Notes under the pieces: generated by a model
Seen by the model: only the letters and a program-made list of their open reading frames with translations
Database searches by the model: none
What the model was told of the DNA's origin: nothing
Part shown: one piece after another, positions 11,201 to 20,017 of the stretch
Numbering within the stretch: position 1 is the first letter of the stretch
Layout of the letters: the number at the start of each line of letters is the position of its first letter
Assembly: GCA_025362675.1 (NCBI GenBank)
Contig: JANYFN010000306.1
Span: 1-62,594 of the forward strand
From: Limisphaerales bacterium
Lineage (GTDB): Bacteria; Verrucomicrobiota; Verrucomicrobiia; Limisphaerales; UBA11358
Direction of reading: 5' to 3'
DNA: 62,594 bases
Program-made: the position numbers and the translations under genes

Positions 11201-12214
11201 ATTCCCGTTGAGCAGAAAATCATCGTTCACGCCGATTTCATAATCAACTGAGGTTTGGCCGTCGTTAAAATTAATCGTCCGGTAGAAACCAGTGTAATCC
11301 TGTCCGTCATGAGCGGTGCCATCCGTAGTGCCAAAATCAACCGAGACAGCGCCGACATCACCGCTGCGCGTGATAGTGACAATCGCCGCCCCGGAATTTT
11401 CGAGCGCGGAAAAGCTGCTGGCGGCAAACTGAATGCGGCCATTGCTCGGCGGCGTCGGTAGAGTGGTGAGCGGGAAATCCGTCTGGCGGAAATAACCGGC
11501 CAAACCTTTCGCTCCGGGATAATTGGTAGAGAGGGCCGTGCGTTTGACGAACATCAAGCTGCCTTGATACGCCGTGCCATAGTCCAGACTGTTCGCCGGA
11601 ATCTGCGCTGTGAGGTTCGTGCCGTTCAAGGCATTGGTTTCAAACAAAGCCGGTGTGGAGACCACTGAGGAACCATCCGGCGCGGTGACGTTGACAATAA
11701 TAAAATCATTCGTGGTGCCGTTCGTGAACGCGCCCCACGACAAATTCAACGGCTGCGAGGCTTCGACCGCCTGCACGTCGTCCCAGTTGGCGAGCTTCGG
11801 CACGGGCGGGAAAGCATCGGTGGGCAAAGCCAACGCCGGTTTGTTGGTGCCGTCGTGTTGGCCCACGATGGTGTAGTTATAACTGCCCACGGCATACGCT
11901 GCATCCAACGATGTCTTATTGGTGAAGCCGGTTTCAAATTCAAAATTGCCATCGTTGTTCGTCAAGGTGCGAACCTGGGCGTTCGGGAGTTTCAAGCTCA
12001 CCGCCTGCACCGAGTCCGTAGCTGAGCCATCCACAAAAGAGGTGAATTTAAACGGACGATTATTGGTAAGCGTCAGGACTGTGTTAGCATTGGTCTGGAA
12101 ATAATCCTGACCCTTGGCAACCACAAATCGGGTGACATCCCCCGCGTGAACGGCGGTCATTTGGCTGAACGCTAGCGTGGTCAGCAGTGTGCAATATAAT
12201 TTCTTTATTTTCAT
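8282..12214 (-). CDS. Secreted Calx-beta repeat protein (8 repeats) with unique N- and C-terminal domains
   Basis: Signal peptide; 8 units of F....Y...E...VTR.GG...V.F.T.DGTA..G.DY...GTL.F..GE..K.I.I.I..D. Confidence 0.92.
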   Translation of the reverse strand: MKIKKLYCTLLTTLAFSQMTAVHAGDVTRFVVAKGQDYFQTNANTVLTLTNNRPFKFTSFVDGSATDSVQAVSLKLPNAQVRTLTNNDGNFEFETGFTNKTSLDAAYAVGSYNYTIVGQHDGTNKPALALPTDAFPPVPKLANWDDVQAVEASQPLNLSWGAFTNGTTNDFIIVNVTAPDGSSVVSTPALFETNALNGTNLTAQIPANSLDYGTAYQGSLMFVKRTALSTNYPGAKGLAGYFRQTDFPLTTLPTPPSNGRIQFAASSFSALENSGAAIVTITRSGDVGAVSVDFGTTDGTAHDGQDYTGFYRTINFNDGQTSVDYEIGVNDDFLLNGNRTVNLFLTNPQDGAEIGTRSNAVLTIVDNEVAAAGKLQFATRSNSIPEAAKFITLTVNRIGGTTGTVAAEYFAYSYSFGDTAIPGLNYIATNGTVTFGPGIASKTITIPIINNSIFETNPVFHVALTNPSGGAALGTNDITRVSIINDDLGGTFAFKQSNYVTNENSTNFLVTVLRTGGAASGVTVDFNTVDGTALAGIRYVATNGTLAFGSNELSKSFQVAVINDSLPNGDQSFAVQLSNATGGANVSTNNTAKTAILTIKDDESSIAFTNATYTVGEGVGTFSITAIRSGALFVPASVNYNTLDGTANAGLDYRATNGTLVFPAGVTAKTITLSITNDTIVEDNETFQVQLSNPTNCLLGLQSITTVIITNNDFGGVINFSTNNYAVTEGGTNAIITLVRSNGLASGVTVDFLTADGSAIAGVDYSNVTQTVTFTNGETTKKIRVPILNNTVVGGNTTVLLSLNYATGGGSIGTRNLATLTISEDDLGGKFSFIKTNYSASEGATNFYVNIIRTGGKASGVSVDYFTTSGTATSDVDYGNVNNTLTFAAGETNKVIAIPIIQDTLVEGNESFTLTLANPQGGATLTTNNVATLTILDDENSVSLSNATVTVSEGIGNVVVTLVRSGVLTSPVTVNFATADGTALAGSDYRATNGTVTIPANVNSKTISIPIINDTVVENDETFTFTISNPQGGGAQLGGNATETITIQDNDTAGTIQFGAASFSGTEGGTAAIKVTRTGGLASGISASFVMSGGTATSGLDYTDMSGTITFAAGETNKTILVPIIADSIVETTETVNLSLSGPYVGSPATAILSLADKPDVNAVPITGPVFMSATLGATAVNITPNALGNAVNGVAGSSFKLQVNFFNGSLNIFDFEGVQFSTGTKQMDNSGSGGIMLYTKTGLTGGLPQSWAVANGSASVGSHGTVIIDAIDTSTKMVSGRFTFHALGDTGTTPAVLEVTNGKFRTHYN

Positions 12215-12363
12215 GTGAGTGTATTGGTTCCCTTAAAACGAAGGAATATCATTACAATTAACCGCACTGGCTGCAAGTTAAAATCCACCGCCAACAGGTT
12301 GGTTACTGGCGATCCTAATTTCTGCGTGGACTTTAACCGGGGCGTGGATTAAATCATTTAAAC

Positions 12364-12840
12364 ATGAGTCGTCCATACGAAGAAATTCTCGACGGAGCCA
12401 CGTTGCCGCGTTCCGCACCCGGCGAACGCCACGAACAAATCTGCGCCCGGCTTCATCGCGAACTGGCTGTCGCCATCAACGGCCTTGCCGCGTTGCAACT
12501 CCTTCCGCCGCGCACCGCCGTGCCCGTCCTGCGCGGGACTCTGTTTTGTCCCGACCTCGCGCTCGTGACCAAGGCAACGGGTAAGCTTTTTCTCGCCGCT
12601 GAAATCGTTAGCCGCGACGACCATAAAAACGACACTGTCACCAAAAAAGAAATTTACGAACAGATCCGCGTGCCCCGTCTTTGGATGGTGGACCCGCGCT
12701 ACGACAACGTGGAAATTTATCACAGCTTCGAGTTTGGTTTAAAACTGCAAGCCATCCTCGCTGGCAGAGAAAAACTTACGGAAAAAATTGTTCCCCAATT
12801 TGAGATCACCGTCGCAGATTTATTCTCCGCCGCTGCTTGA
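12364..12840 (+). CDS. Uma2 family (PD-(D/E)xK fold) putative endonuclease
   Basis: EILDG, P...HEQI, CPDLA, AEIVS, KKEIYEQIRVPRLWMVDP. Confidence 0.85.
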   Translation: MSRPYEEILDGATLPRSAPGERHEQICARLHRELAVAINGLAALQLLPPRTAVPVLRGTLFCPDLALVTKATGKLFLAAEIVSRDDHKNDTVTKKEIYEQIRVPRLWMVDPRYDNVEIYHSFEFGLKLQAILAGREKLTEKIVPQFEITVADLFSAAA

Positions 12841-12843
12841 GGC

Positions 12844-14427
12844 TTACGGCAATCCGAGGCGATAGAATCGCGCCGTTTGTCCTGCGGGCAGCGGATTGGT
12901 GAACGCGCAAAATCCCGACAGCTCAGATTTGTTTGTGGCCAGGCGCGTCCATTGCGCTGTGGCGAGTAGAAGATTGGTGGTGGCGAAAAGATAGCTGGTC
13001 TGGTTTGCCCAACCGTTCGCCGTAAAAATTAAATTTGTTCCAACCTTGGCGACACTCGGATTGGGCGCGTTGGTGGGGCCAACTTCAAAAGCTCCCAGCT
13101 CCGGCGCGGCTCCGTAAAACGCAAAGCCTTGATTCGTGCCCGCATTGAGGCAATCGCTGGAGTTGGTCAGCCGCAAAAAATTTATTTCCGGCAAGTCGCC
13201 ATTCGCCTGACGCGGCGCGGTGAGCAAACTTTCGTCGAGCGAGAGGAAGTCGCTGGCGTTGACGGTCACCGGCAGATTGAAGTAGTTAAAATTCGTATCA
13301 TTCAATGGCCCCAGATTAACCAGCTCAGCCGACGACGCGAGATAGCCGAGATTGTTTTTCATCACGTGATTAAATCCCGGCACGTCGTTCGTCACGCTCG
13401 TGTTGTTCGTGTTACAAAGCAGGTTGTAGTTGATCGTATTTCGATACGAGGTGTTGTTGATCCAGATCTGGCCGTCCAAATGGTGATTCGCATAAATGCC
13501 GTTCGCGCGGTTCCGCACCGCGACACAGAACTCGATCACGTGATGCGGAATCGGCGTCGGAAACGCTGTGCCTGAAACACCGTAACCGCCGCCTTTCACA
13601 CCGTTGCCATCGCCGGTGCTGCTCGAAAAGTTTGTGAAGTAGCCATTCCAAAACGCCCAGCAATGATCAAACGTCACCGCCGCAAAGGCGTTGATACAAT
13701 CATAGCCGTCGTCGCTGTTGAACCAGGCACGGCATCCACGAATGATATTGCCTTTGCCGCTGGTCGAATTGGGATGACAGCCGAAGCCATCGGTGTTGCC
13801 CAGTGAACCGCTATCTAGTCCGCGATTGTTATAGGCATCGCAATTCAAAACGAGATTGCTCGCGCCGGCGGTGAGATACCAGCCGTTGCCCATCCCGTCA
13901 TGCATGCGGAGTTGCTCGAAGCGGTTAAAATTTCCGCCGCCGACGCGAAAGTTTTCCGATTGAGTGTGCGCCAACGCCACCGTCACCTGCACGCCCACGA
14001 CATCGAAGCCTTTGAAGGTGCAGCCACTGGCGGTCACGAGAAACGCGGTCACGCGATTCGACGCGCCGACTTCCGGTTTCACCTGGTTGAAATCAAACAC
14101 CGGCCGTTCGCCCGGCCACGCAAGATAACTAATACCACTTTTGTTGATGTTGTTGACGATCGCCCACGGTGCATTTGTGGCGGTGAGATTCGAGTTGTTC
14201 AAAAAATAACTTCCGCCGCGCAGCCAGACCGTGTCGCCGGAAGTTGCCGCCGCTTGAGCGCGGGTGATGGTTGCGAAAGGGTTGTTGCTCGCGCCTGAAT
14301 TTGAATCCACACCGTTCGTCGCCACAAACCACGTTGCCGAAAAAACGCTTGGCACCAACTGAAGAAAAAGCAGCGCGCTAAAAAATCTAACCAAGCGGGC
14401 GGTAAGTTGATGAACCGGTGGGGGCAT
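12844..14427 (-). CDS. Secreted polysaccharide lyase family 9 (beta-helix) with C-terminal TN-L-W-FYR domain
   Basis: FVATNGVDSNSG..NPFATI, NTDGFGCH, AWFNSDDGYD, GDGNGVK; ATG 14427 chosen as start. Confidence 0.85.
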   Translation of the reverse strand: MPPPVHQLTARLVRFFSALLFLQLVPSVFSATWFVATNGVDSNSGASNNPFATITRAQAAATSGDTVWLRGGSYFLNNSNLTATNAPWAIVNNINKSGISYLAWPGERPVFDFNQVKPEVGASNRVTAFLVTASGCTFKGFDVVGVQVTVALAHTQSENFRVGGGNFNRFEQLRMHDGMGNGWYLTAGASNLVLNCDAYNNRGLDSGSLGNTDGFGCHPNSTSGKGNIIRGCRAWFNSDDGYDCINAFAAVTFDHCWAFWNGYFTNFSSSTGDGNGVKGGGYGVSGTAFPTPIPHHVIEFCVAVRNRANGIYANHHLDGQIWINNTSYRNTINYNLLCNTNNTSVTNDVPGFNHVMKNNLGYLASSAELVNLGPLNDTNFNYFNLPVTVNASDFLSLDESLLTAPRQANGDLPEINFLRLTNSSDCLNAGTNQGFAFYGAAPELGAFEVGPTNAPNPSVAKVGTNLIFTANGWANQTSYLFATTNLLLATAQWTRLATNKSELSGFCAFTNPLPAGQTARFYRLGLP

Positions 14428-14576
14428 TGCTTCAAGACAACTTAACACGCTGTCGTTGCCGGGCAATCCACAGTTCGGGTGACGCACGGAGCTCCGAGCT
14501 TGGGCTGCGGTCAGAAATGTTTGGACGCGCCGCCGCGAATCGGGTTTCATCAGGGTTCTCAGAATCCAATCAAAAG

Positions 14577-14729
14577 ATGCTCACGTTTCTTGGAAAAATC
14601 TTATTTCCGCGTTCCCAGCGGTGGAAGCAGCGTCAGAATGTGCGACTTCTAATGGTGGCATTTGCCGTCGCACTACTGTTTAGCCTGCTCATCATCGGCA
14701 TCATGCTCCTCGTCAATCACCCCAAATAA
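14577..14729 (+). CDS. Small single-pass membrane protein (50 aa)
   Basis: MLTFLGKILFPRSQRWKQRQNVR followed by a hydrophobic helix. Confidence 0.55.
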   Translation: MLTFLGKILFPRSQRWKQRQNVRLLMVAFAVALLFSLLIIGIMLLVNHPK

Positions 14730-14873
14730 ATCCCTGTCCACGCAGGCACCAACCGGTGGCAGCGCGCGCGGTCGCGATAACATTCAGGCTGAGGTAATAC
14801 ATTTGCCCGTTGTTGGAAACGGACTTTTTCACCCCGAGTAAGCATTCCACCCAAAAAAAATCGCTGCTAACTA

Positions 14874-15983
14874 CTAGGAGAGCGAGACCGCTTTACCTGT
14901 GCGCGCTGACTCGTAAATTGCCATCATAATTTTGATGTCGCGCAATCCCTCCTCGCCGGGCACGCGCGTCGGACGGTTCTCCAAAATACATTTCGCAAAA
15001 TCATCCATCTGCAACGCGAACTGGTCGAGATCCGGTAATTGAATCAATTCGTCGTCGCTGCGTTTACCTTGCAACTTGTGATAACTATAAGCCGGTTCCA
15101 TTCCGAATGAACCATTCTCCGCGTGAGCCGTGTAGCGATTGATGCCATTGAAGGCGTAAGTGGAATTGCCGTTCGCCAGCAAGCCGCTCGGAAATTTCAA
15201 CTGCCAAGTGATGCTCTCCTCGATGTCCTTAAATTTTTCCGTGTCCGTCGTCGAGGCTGTGGCTGTGACGGAAATCGGCTCCTCGCCGGAAATATAACGC
15301 ATCGCCTGCAACGCATAAATTCCCACGTCCATCAACGGCCCGCCGCCGGACAATTCCTTTTTCAACCGCCACTGGTTCGGATCGCCCGCGTGAAAACCAA
15401 AGCCCGCCTCAATATATTTCACCGCGCCAAAAACTTTTTCGCGCGCGAGCCGCACACACTCCAGATTGTTTGGCTCGAAATGCAGACGATAACCAATGGC
15501 GAGTTGTTTGCCCGCCGCTTGGCACGCGGCGATCATCTGCTGGCATTTCTCCGAAGAGACTTCCATCGGCTTTTCGCACAGCACATGTTTGCCCGCCTTG
15601 GCCGCGGCGAGGGTGTGCGCTGCGTGCAGCGCGTTTGGGGTGACGACATACACTACGTCAATGTCCGGGTTATCCGCGAGCTTCGCCATCGTGTCGTAGG
15701 AATACACGCAGTTGTCCGGCAATTTGTAGCGCGCCTGCCACGCCCTGGCTTTTTTCGGCGAACCGGTGATGATGCCCGCGAGCTTGGCAAATTTTGTGTC
15801 CTGCAACGCCGGCGCAATCTGGTTCGTGCTCAAATTACCAAGCCCGCACAGCGCGTAGCCGATCTTACGCGCCGGTTTTTCATCCGCCGCAAATGTGGAA
15901 AATTTTCCGGCCAACGAAATGCCCGCCGTGGCGAGCGCCGAAGTTTTCAAGAAGTCGCGCCGGGAAGTGAAGTTGAATTTCAT
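14874..15983 (-). CDS. Tat-exported Gfo/Idh/MocA oxidoreductase (glucose-fructose oxidoreductase-like)
   Basis: SRRDFLK twin-arginine signal; GLGNLS, KHVLCEKPM, GGPLMDVGIY. Confidence 0.92.
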   Translation of the reverse strand: MKFNFTSRRDFLKTSALATAGISLAGKFSTFAADEKPARKIGYALCGLGNLSTNQIAPALQDTKFAKLAGIITGSPKKARAWQARYKLPDNCVYSYDTMAKLADNPDIDVVYVVTPNALHAAHTLAAAKAGKHVLCEKPMEVSSEKCQQMIAACQAAGKQLAIGYRLHFEPNNLECVRLAREKVFGAVKYIEAGFGFHAGDPNQWRLKKELSGGGPLMDVGIYALQAMRYISGEEPISVTATASTTDTEKFKDIEESITWQLKFPSGLLANGNSTYAFNGINRYTAHAENGSFGMEPAYSYHKLQGKRSDDELIQLPDLDQFALQMDDFAKCILENRPTRVPGEEGLRDIKIMMAIYESARTGKAVSLS

Positions 15984-16122
15984 GTCGCAAGTTAGTGCCG
16001 CCGCCCGACCACTGACAAATCAAATCGACGTGTCCGGTAAGAAATCTGCTGCCGGGTTTCCTGGGGTTGCCAGGATAAAAAAGCGATTGAATTATCGGCC
16101 GGAAAGGCGCATGAATAGTTTG

Positions 16123-16692
16123 ATGAAAAAAAGACTCATTCCCATACTCGGCTTGGCTTTGTTCGTGGCCGCCTGCGTGCCGTCGGTGAACCCATTTTAT
16201 TTCGATCAGGACGTGATCACCGATGCCCGCTTGCTCGGGACTTGGTTGGAGGGTGCCAGCAAAAGTCATCCAGAAAGCTGGAAGTTTGAAGCCGCGACCA
16301 CCAACACCTATGAGGCGATGATCACGGATGAAGACGGCAAGACGGGCAAGTTCGTTGCGCACTTATTCAAACTCGGTGCGACCACATTTGTTGACCTCAC
16401 GCCTGCGGATTGTAATTACGCCACGAACCAAGCCGCGCTCGTCGGTATCGCGATGATTCCCGGCCATTTACTGTTGCGAATGACTCTCGCCGAAAAAAAA
16501 CTTTCGGTCGCGGCGTGTGATCCGGACTGGTTGAAAAAGTTTCTCGAAAAAAATCCGTCGGCCATCTCGCACCAAATGAAAGAGGATGCGATCATCCTCA
16601 CTGCCGAGACTGGCGCACTCCAAGCGTTCGTCCTGAAACATCTTGGAAAAGATGAGCTGTTCGGCGAGAACAAGGATTACAAAAAGCCGTAA
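16123..16692 (+). CDS. Hypothetical lipoprotein
   Basis: MKKRLIPILGLALFVAA-C lipobox; mature CVPSVNPFY...LLGTW. Confidence 0.75.
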   Translation: MKKRLIPILGLALFVAACVPSVNPFYFDQDVITDARLLGTWLEGASKSHPESWKFEAATTNTYEAMITDEDGKTGKFVAHLFKLGATTFVDLTPADCNYATNQAALVGIAMIPGHLLLRMTLAEKKLSVAACDPDWLKKFLEKNPSAISHQMKEDAIILTAETGALQAFVLKHLGKDELFGENKDYKKP

Positions 16693-16729
16693 GTGGCTGG
16701 TCCGGCTAGGTTTTCAAGCGAAACAAAAC

Positions 16730-17866
16730 TCACCGTTGGGATGCCGCTGCAATGATGAGTAAAACACCGGCAGCGAATAATCCAGCAAGCACGGCGAAGA
16801 AAATTTTCACCCAGCTCTTGGGATACTTGCCCGCGATAGCGCCGGTATAACCGTTGATGACGACTTGATAATTTTGCGCTCCATAGTTGTAGGAGAGCAG
16901 CCAGATCGGCGCGAGAATGTGCTTGAACGTCTGGCCGGAATAGTCGTCCTCCACCTGAAGATTGCGCTGCGTGTCGCCCGGCACCTGCTGCGAGCACAAC
17001 GCATACATCTTGCGATCCATGAGGTCGCGCGACGCTTTGGCCGCCGCGACGAGATCAATCTGGTAGCGTTCCACGACCCAACCTGAAAGATAGCCGGCGT
17101 TGTAGGGCACAAGTTCCTTCGTCGTCGGGAACGGTTCGATTTTGCGAAGCATCTCCGGTTGCACGCCGCGTGACGCGGGCACGAGTTCGTCGTCAAAAAA
17201 ATGATCAAGTGATCCAGCGCTGGGTTGCCAGCGAACTTTCTGCACTTGTCGGCTCTGCGACTTGCCATTCGCGTCCGTATAATATTCTGTCTCGTAATAA
17301 TAGTATCCGCTCTCGGCGGTCCACTCGGCGTGAACCTGCGCATCGAACGTCCAATAGGGAATATAAAGACCCTTGACCGTGTCGGTGAGCGCGGCGTGCT
17401 TGAGGGAATTCGGCGCGAACCAGCGGCTGCCATACCATTGACGAATGGACTCGCGCACTTGCGTCTCGCTGACTTTCATCGGCAGCAAACTTTCCGGGCG
17501 GAACGATTCTTTGATCTCGTCGTAAGGCACGAGCGCGGATGAACCGCAGAAATCGCAGCGCTGGCCGACGCGCGCGGCGTCAAAAACGGAAATCGCCTGA
17601 CAGCTTTGGCATTTCACGGAAGTCTTCGCCGCCTGCCAGCCGCGCGAAGAATCAGGAATCCCGCGCAACGCCTCGGCTAGATCGTGCTCCACAATTTGCT
17701 CATCGCCGGTGGCGGTGAGTTCCGCCTGCGCGGGCGAGGTGTTGCCGCAGAACGGACAGACGAGCAATTTCTTGGCGGGATCCCAGCGCGCCTCGCCGCC
17801 GCACGACGGGCAAGAGAATTTGTGCTGCGCCGTGGCGGATTTGATGATGGGCGGTTGGTCGGGCAT
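16730..17866 (-). CDS. Zinc-ribbon membrane protein (YdjG-like)
   Basis: CPSCG, CPFCG, CQSCQ, CDFCG pairs; LYIPYWTFD; VVINGYTG; C-terminal TM helix. Confidence 0.82.
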   Translation of the reverse strand: MPDQPPIIKSATAQHKFSCPSCGGEARWDPAKKLLVCPFCGNTSPAQAELTATGDEQIVEHDLAEALRGIPDSSRGWQAAKTSVKCQSCQAISVFDAARVGQRCDFCGSSALVPYDEIKESFRPESLLPMKVSETQVRESIRQWYGSRWFAPNSLKHAALTDTVKGLYIPYWTFDAQVHAEWTAESGYYYYETEYYTDANGKSQSRQVQKVRWQPSAGSLDHFFDDELVPASRGVQPEMLRKIEPFPTTKELVPYNAGYLSGWVVERYQIDLVAAAKASRDLMDRKMYALCSQQVPGDTQRNLQVEDDYSGQTFKHILAPIWLLSYNYGAQNYQVVINGYTGAIAGKYPKSWVKIFFAVLAGLFAAGVLLIIAAASQR

Positions 17867-17947
17867 GAATGAATTCAGCGACAGGTTTCTAAATTATCAA
17901 ATGAACGGTTCGGTAAAAAATCTTCTGCTGACCCGTCATGAAATATT

Positions 17948-19030
17948 TTAAGATTTTAGAAACTCATCTAGCGCCGCCTTAGTCACGCGCCAGGTTGAAC
18001 CGATTTTTTTGCCTTTGATGTCGCCTTTGTCCAGCGAGGCCAGCACGTCGGCCTCGCTGACGCCGAGAACTTTGGCGACGTCCGCCGTGCCGAGTAATTC
18101 AGGCAACGCGCTCGCAGCGGCGGCGGCAGAAACAACCGGCGGCACTGCGCCCGCCGCCGCCGTGGCTTGCGGCTGATTCATCGCGGCGGCGATTTGCTGG
18201 CCCATTGCCAAACCTGCGCCGAGTCCCGCACCGGTTCCCGCCATGCCCGCAGCGGCTCCGCCTTCCATCGTCAACGAATTCGCCATTTGAAATTTCACAA
18301 AGTCGTTCAGATTTCCGACCGCCGCCATGCTGCTGCGCTTGTCAATCGCCGCTTCCACTTCTGGCGGCACAGAAACGTTCTCGATGACGAAGCTGGAAAT
18401 TTCGATGCCGTATTTCGTAGTGACTTGCGGATTGATGATCGGCAGCAACGCCGCGCCGAGTTCCGTGTAGCGCGAGGCCACATCCAGCACGGGAACTTTC
18501 GCTTGAGCCAACGCTTCGGTGAACACGCTGACGATGCGCGCGCGCATCGTGTCGGAAAACTCATCGAGCCGGAAATGATCGTCCGTGCCGGCGACTTCCT
18601 TCAAAAACACTTTCACGTCCGTGACTTTGAAATCAAAAATGCCGTAAGCCCGCGCGCGCACGATGCCAAAATCCGCATCGCGCAACATGATGGGGTTCGC
18701 CGTGCCCCATTTGTTGCCGGTGAACAGGCGCGTGTTGACGTAATAAAGATCGGCCTTGAACGGCGAGTGCAGTCCGTATTTCCAGCCCTTGAGCGTGGAG
18801 AGAATCGGGATGTTGTCCGTGGTCAGCGAGTATTTGCCGGGGCCGTAGGTATCGCCGAACTGGCCGAGATACACGAACTGCGCCGTCTGCGATTCGCGGA
18901 CGATGAGCTGCGCGCCATTTTTGATTTCCTTGTCCTGGTCGGGATAGCGGAAAGAAATCGTGTCGCGCGAATCGTCCTGCCACTCGATGATTTCGAGGAA
19001 CTGCGTCTTGAGATAATCTAGGAGGCCCAT
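17948..19030 (-). CDS. SPFH (band 7, YdjI-like) protein with C-terminal excisionase-type HTH_17 domain
   Basis: GAQLIVRESQ, KWGTANPI, IENVSVPPEVEAAID; GAG-rich linker; tail LLGTADVAKVLGVS...KKIGSTWRV. Confidence 0.85.
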   Translation of the reverse strand: MGLLDYLKTQFLEIIEWQDDSRDTISFRYPDQDKEIKNGAQLIVRESQTAQFVYLGQFGDTYGPGKYSLTTDNIPILSTLKGWKYGLHSPFKADLYYVNTRLFTGNKWGTANPIMLRDADFGIVRARAYGIFDFKVTDVKVFLKEVAGTDDHFRLDEFSDTMRARIVSVFTEALAQAKVPVLDVASRYTELGAALLPIINPQVTTKYGIEISSFVIENVSVPPEVEAAIDKRSSMAAVGNLNDFVKFQMANSLTMEGGAAAGMAGTGAGLGAGLAMGQQIAAAMNQPQATAAAGAVPPVVSAAAAASALPELLGTADVAKVLGVSEADVLASLDKGDIKGKKIGSTWRVTKAALDEFLKS

Positions 19031-19244
19031 AATGTTTTGGTGGTTGAGTAAAAACTAAATCGGTTGTTGTGACCGCCACATCATTGCTTCAAAGCAGAAA
19101 TCTGTGAAGTAGAATTTTGGGCAAAATTTATAATGCACTTTTGCTCCATGTTCTGCGACCCGGCGGCGGAACGTGCAGATGATTCTCGTCTTTAACCCGT
19201 GGTCGCGCCAACATCGGTTCATAACATCTCACCACTAAAAATTT

Positions 19245-19820
19245 ATGAAAACACGCAAATCCGCCCAGAGCCGAAAATTGACCGCGCCGATTTCAGTTGC
19301 GCCCTGTCAGCCGCTGAAACGATTAAATTATTTTTTTGGGCAATTGCTCTCGGCCGCAGATTTGCAAGCGGAACAGAATTATCTGCTGGGAAAACACCGC
19401 CGTCATAATCTCCGTTGCCACGGAGCGGGGATTGTTGAAGGGTTGCAAGTTTCAGTGTCCGCGAATAACGCGGGAGCGTCGGTGATTGTAGCGCCTGGAT
19501 TTGCGATTGATCCTATGGGCAATGAGGTTGAACTTTGTGCCGAGGCGCAACTAAATTTACCCGCGACGGGTAAGCCGGTTTATGTGGTCATTAGTTACCA
19601 CGAGAATCTCACAGATCCAATTCCCGTGCTCGGTTCGCCGGATACGAACCCGGCGGACGCGGTGGTTTACACGCGCACGGAGGAAGCGGCCGACATGCTC
19701 ATCTTGTCGGAAGTAGTGTCGCCTGCCATTGCCCTGGCGCGACTCGTTGGGCGAGGAAAAACTTGGCGGCTAGATAGCAGGTTCCAGCCGCTGCGAGCTA
19801 AGGGAGTCCAAGCGCAATAA
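19245..19820 (+). CDS. Hypothetical protein resembling the N-terminal domain of contractile-injection-system/phage tail-associated proteins
   Basis: RLNYFFGQLLSAADLQAEQNY...HGAGIVEGL...VAPGFAIDPMGNE. Confidence 0.65.
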   Translation: MKTRKSAQSRKLTAPISVAPCQPLKRLNYFFGQLLSAADLQAEQNYLLGKHRRHNLRCHGAGIVEGLQVSVSANNAGASVIVAPGFAIDPMGNEVELCAEAQLNLPATGKPVYVVISYHENLTDPIPVLGSPDTNPADAVVYTRTEEAADMLILSEVVSPAIALARLVGRGKTWRLDSRFQPLRAKGVQAQ

Positions 19821-20017
19821 AGCTGGGATTTTAGGAGGTTATATTTTCAGATTCGGTTCCCTAAGTCGCCGATGCTTTTCGGTCAAATCCTTATTTGCAA
19901 CTTAAGCTGGAATCGCTGCAATGACCGATTTCCCCTTTTCATTTTCAAACTTTCTTAATTGAATTACTACTGGATTGATGTAATATGTCCGACAATCAGT
20001 AGTGAGGTAAACCGGTT

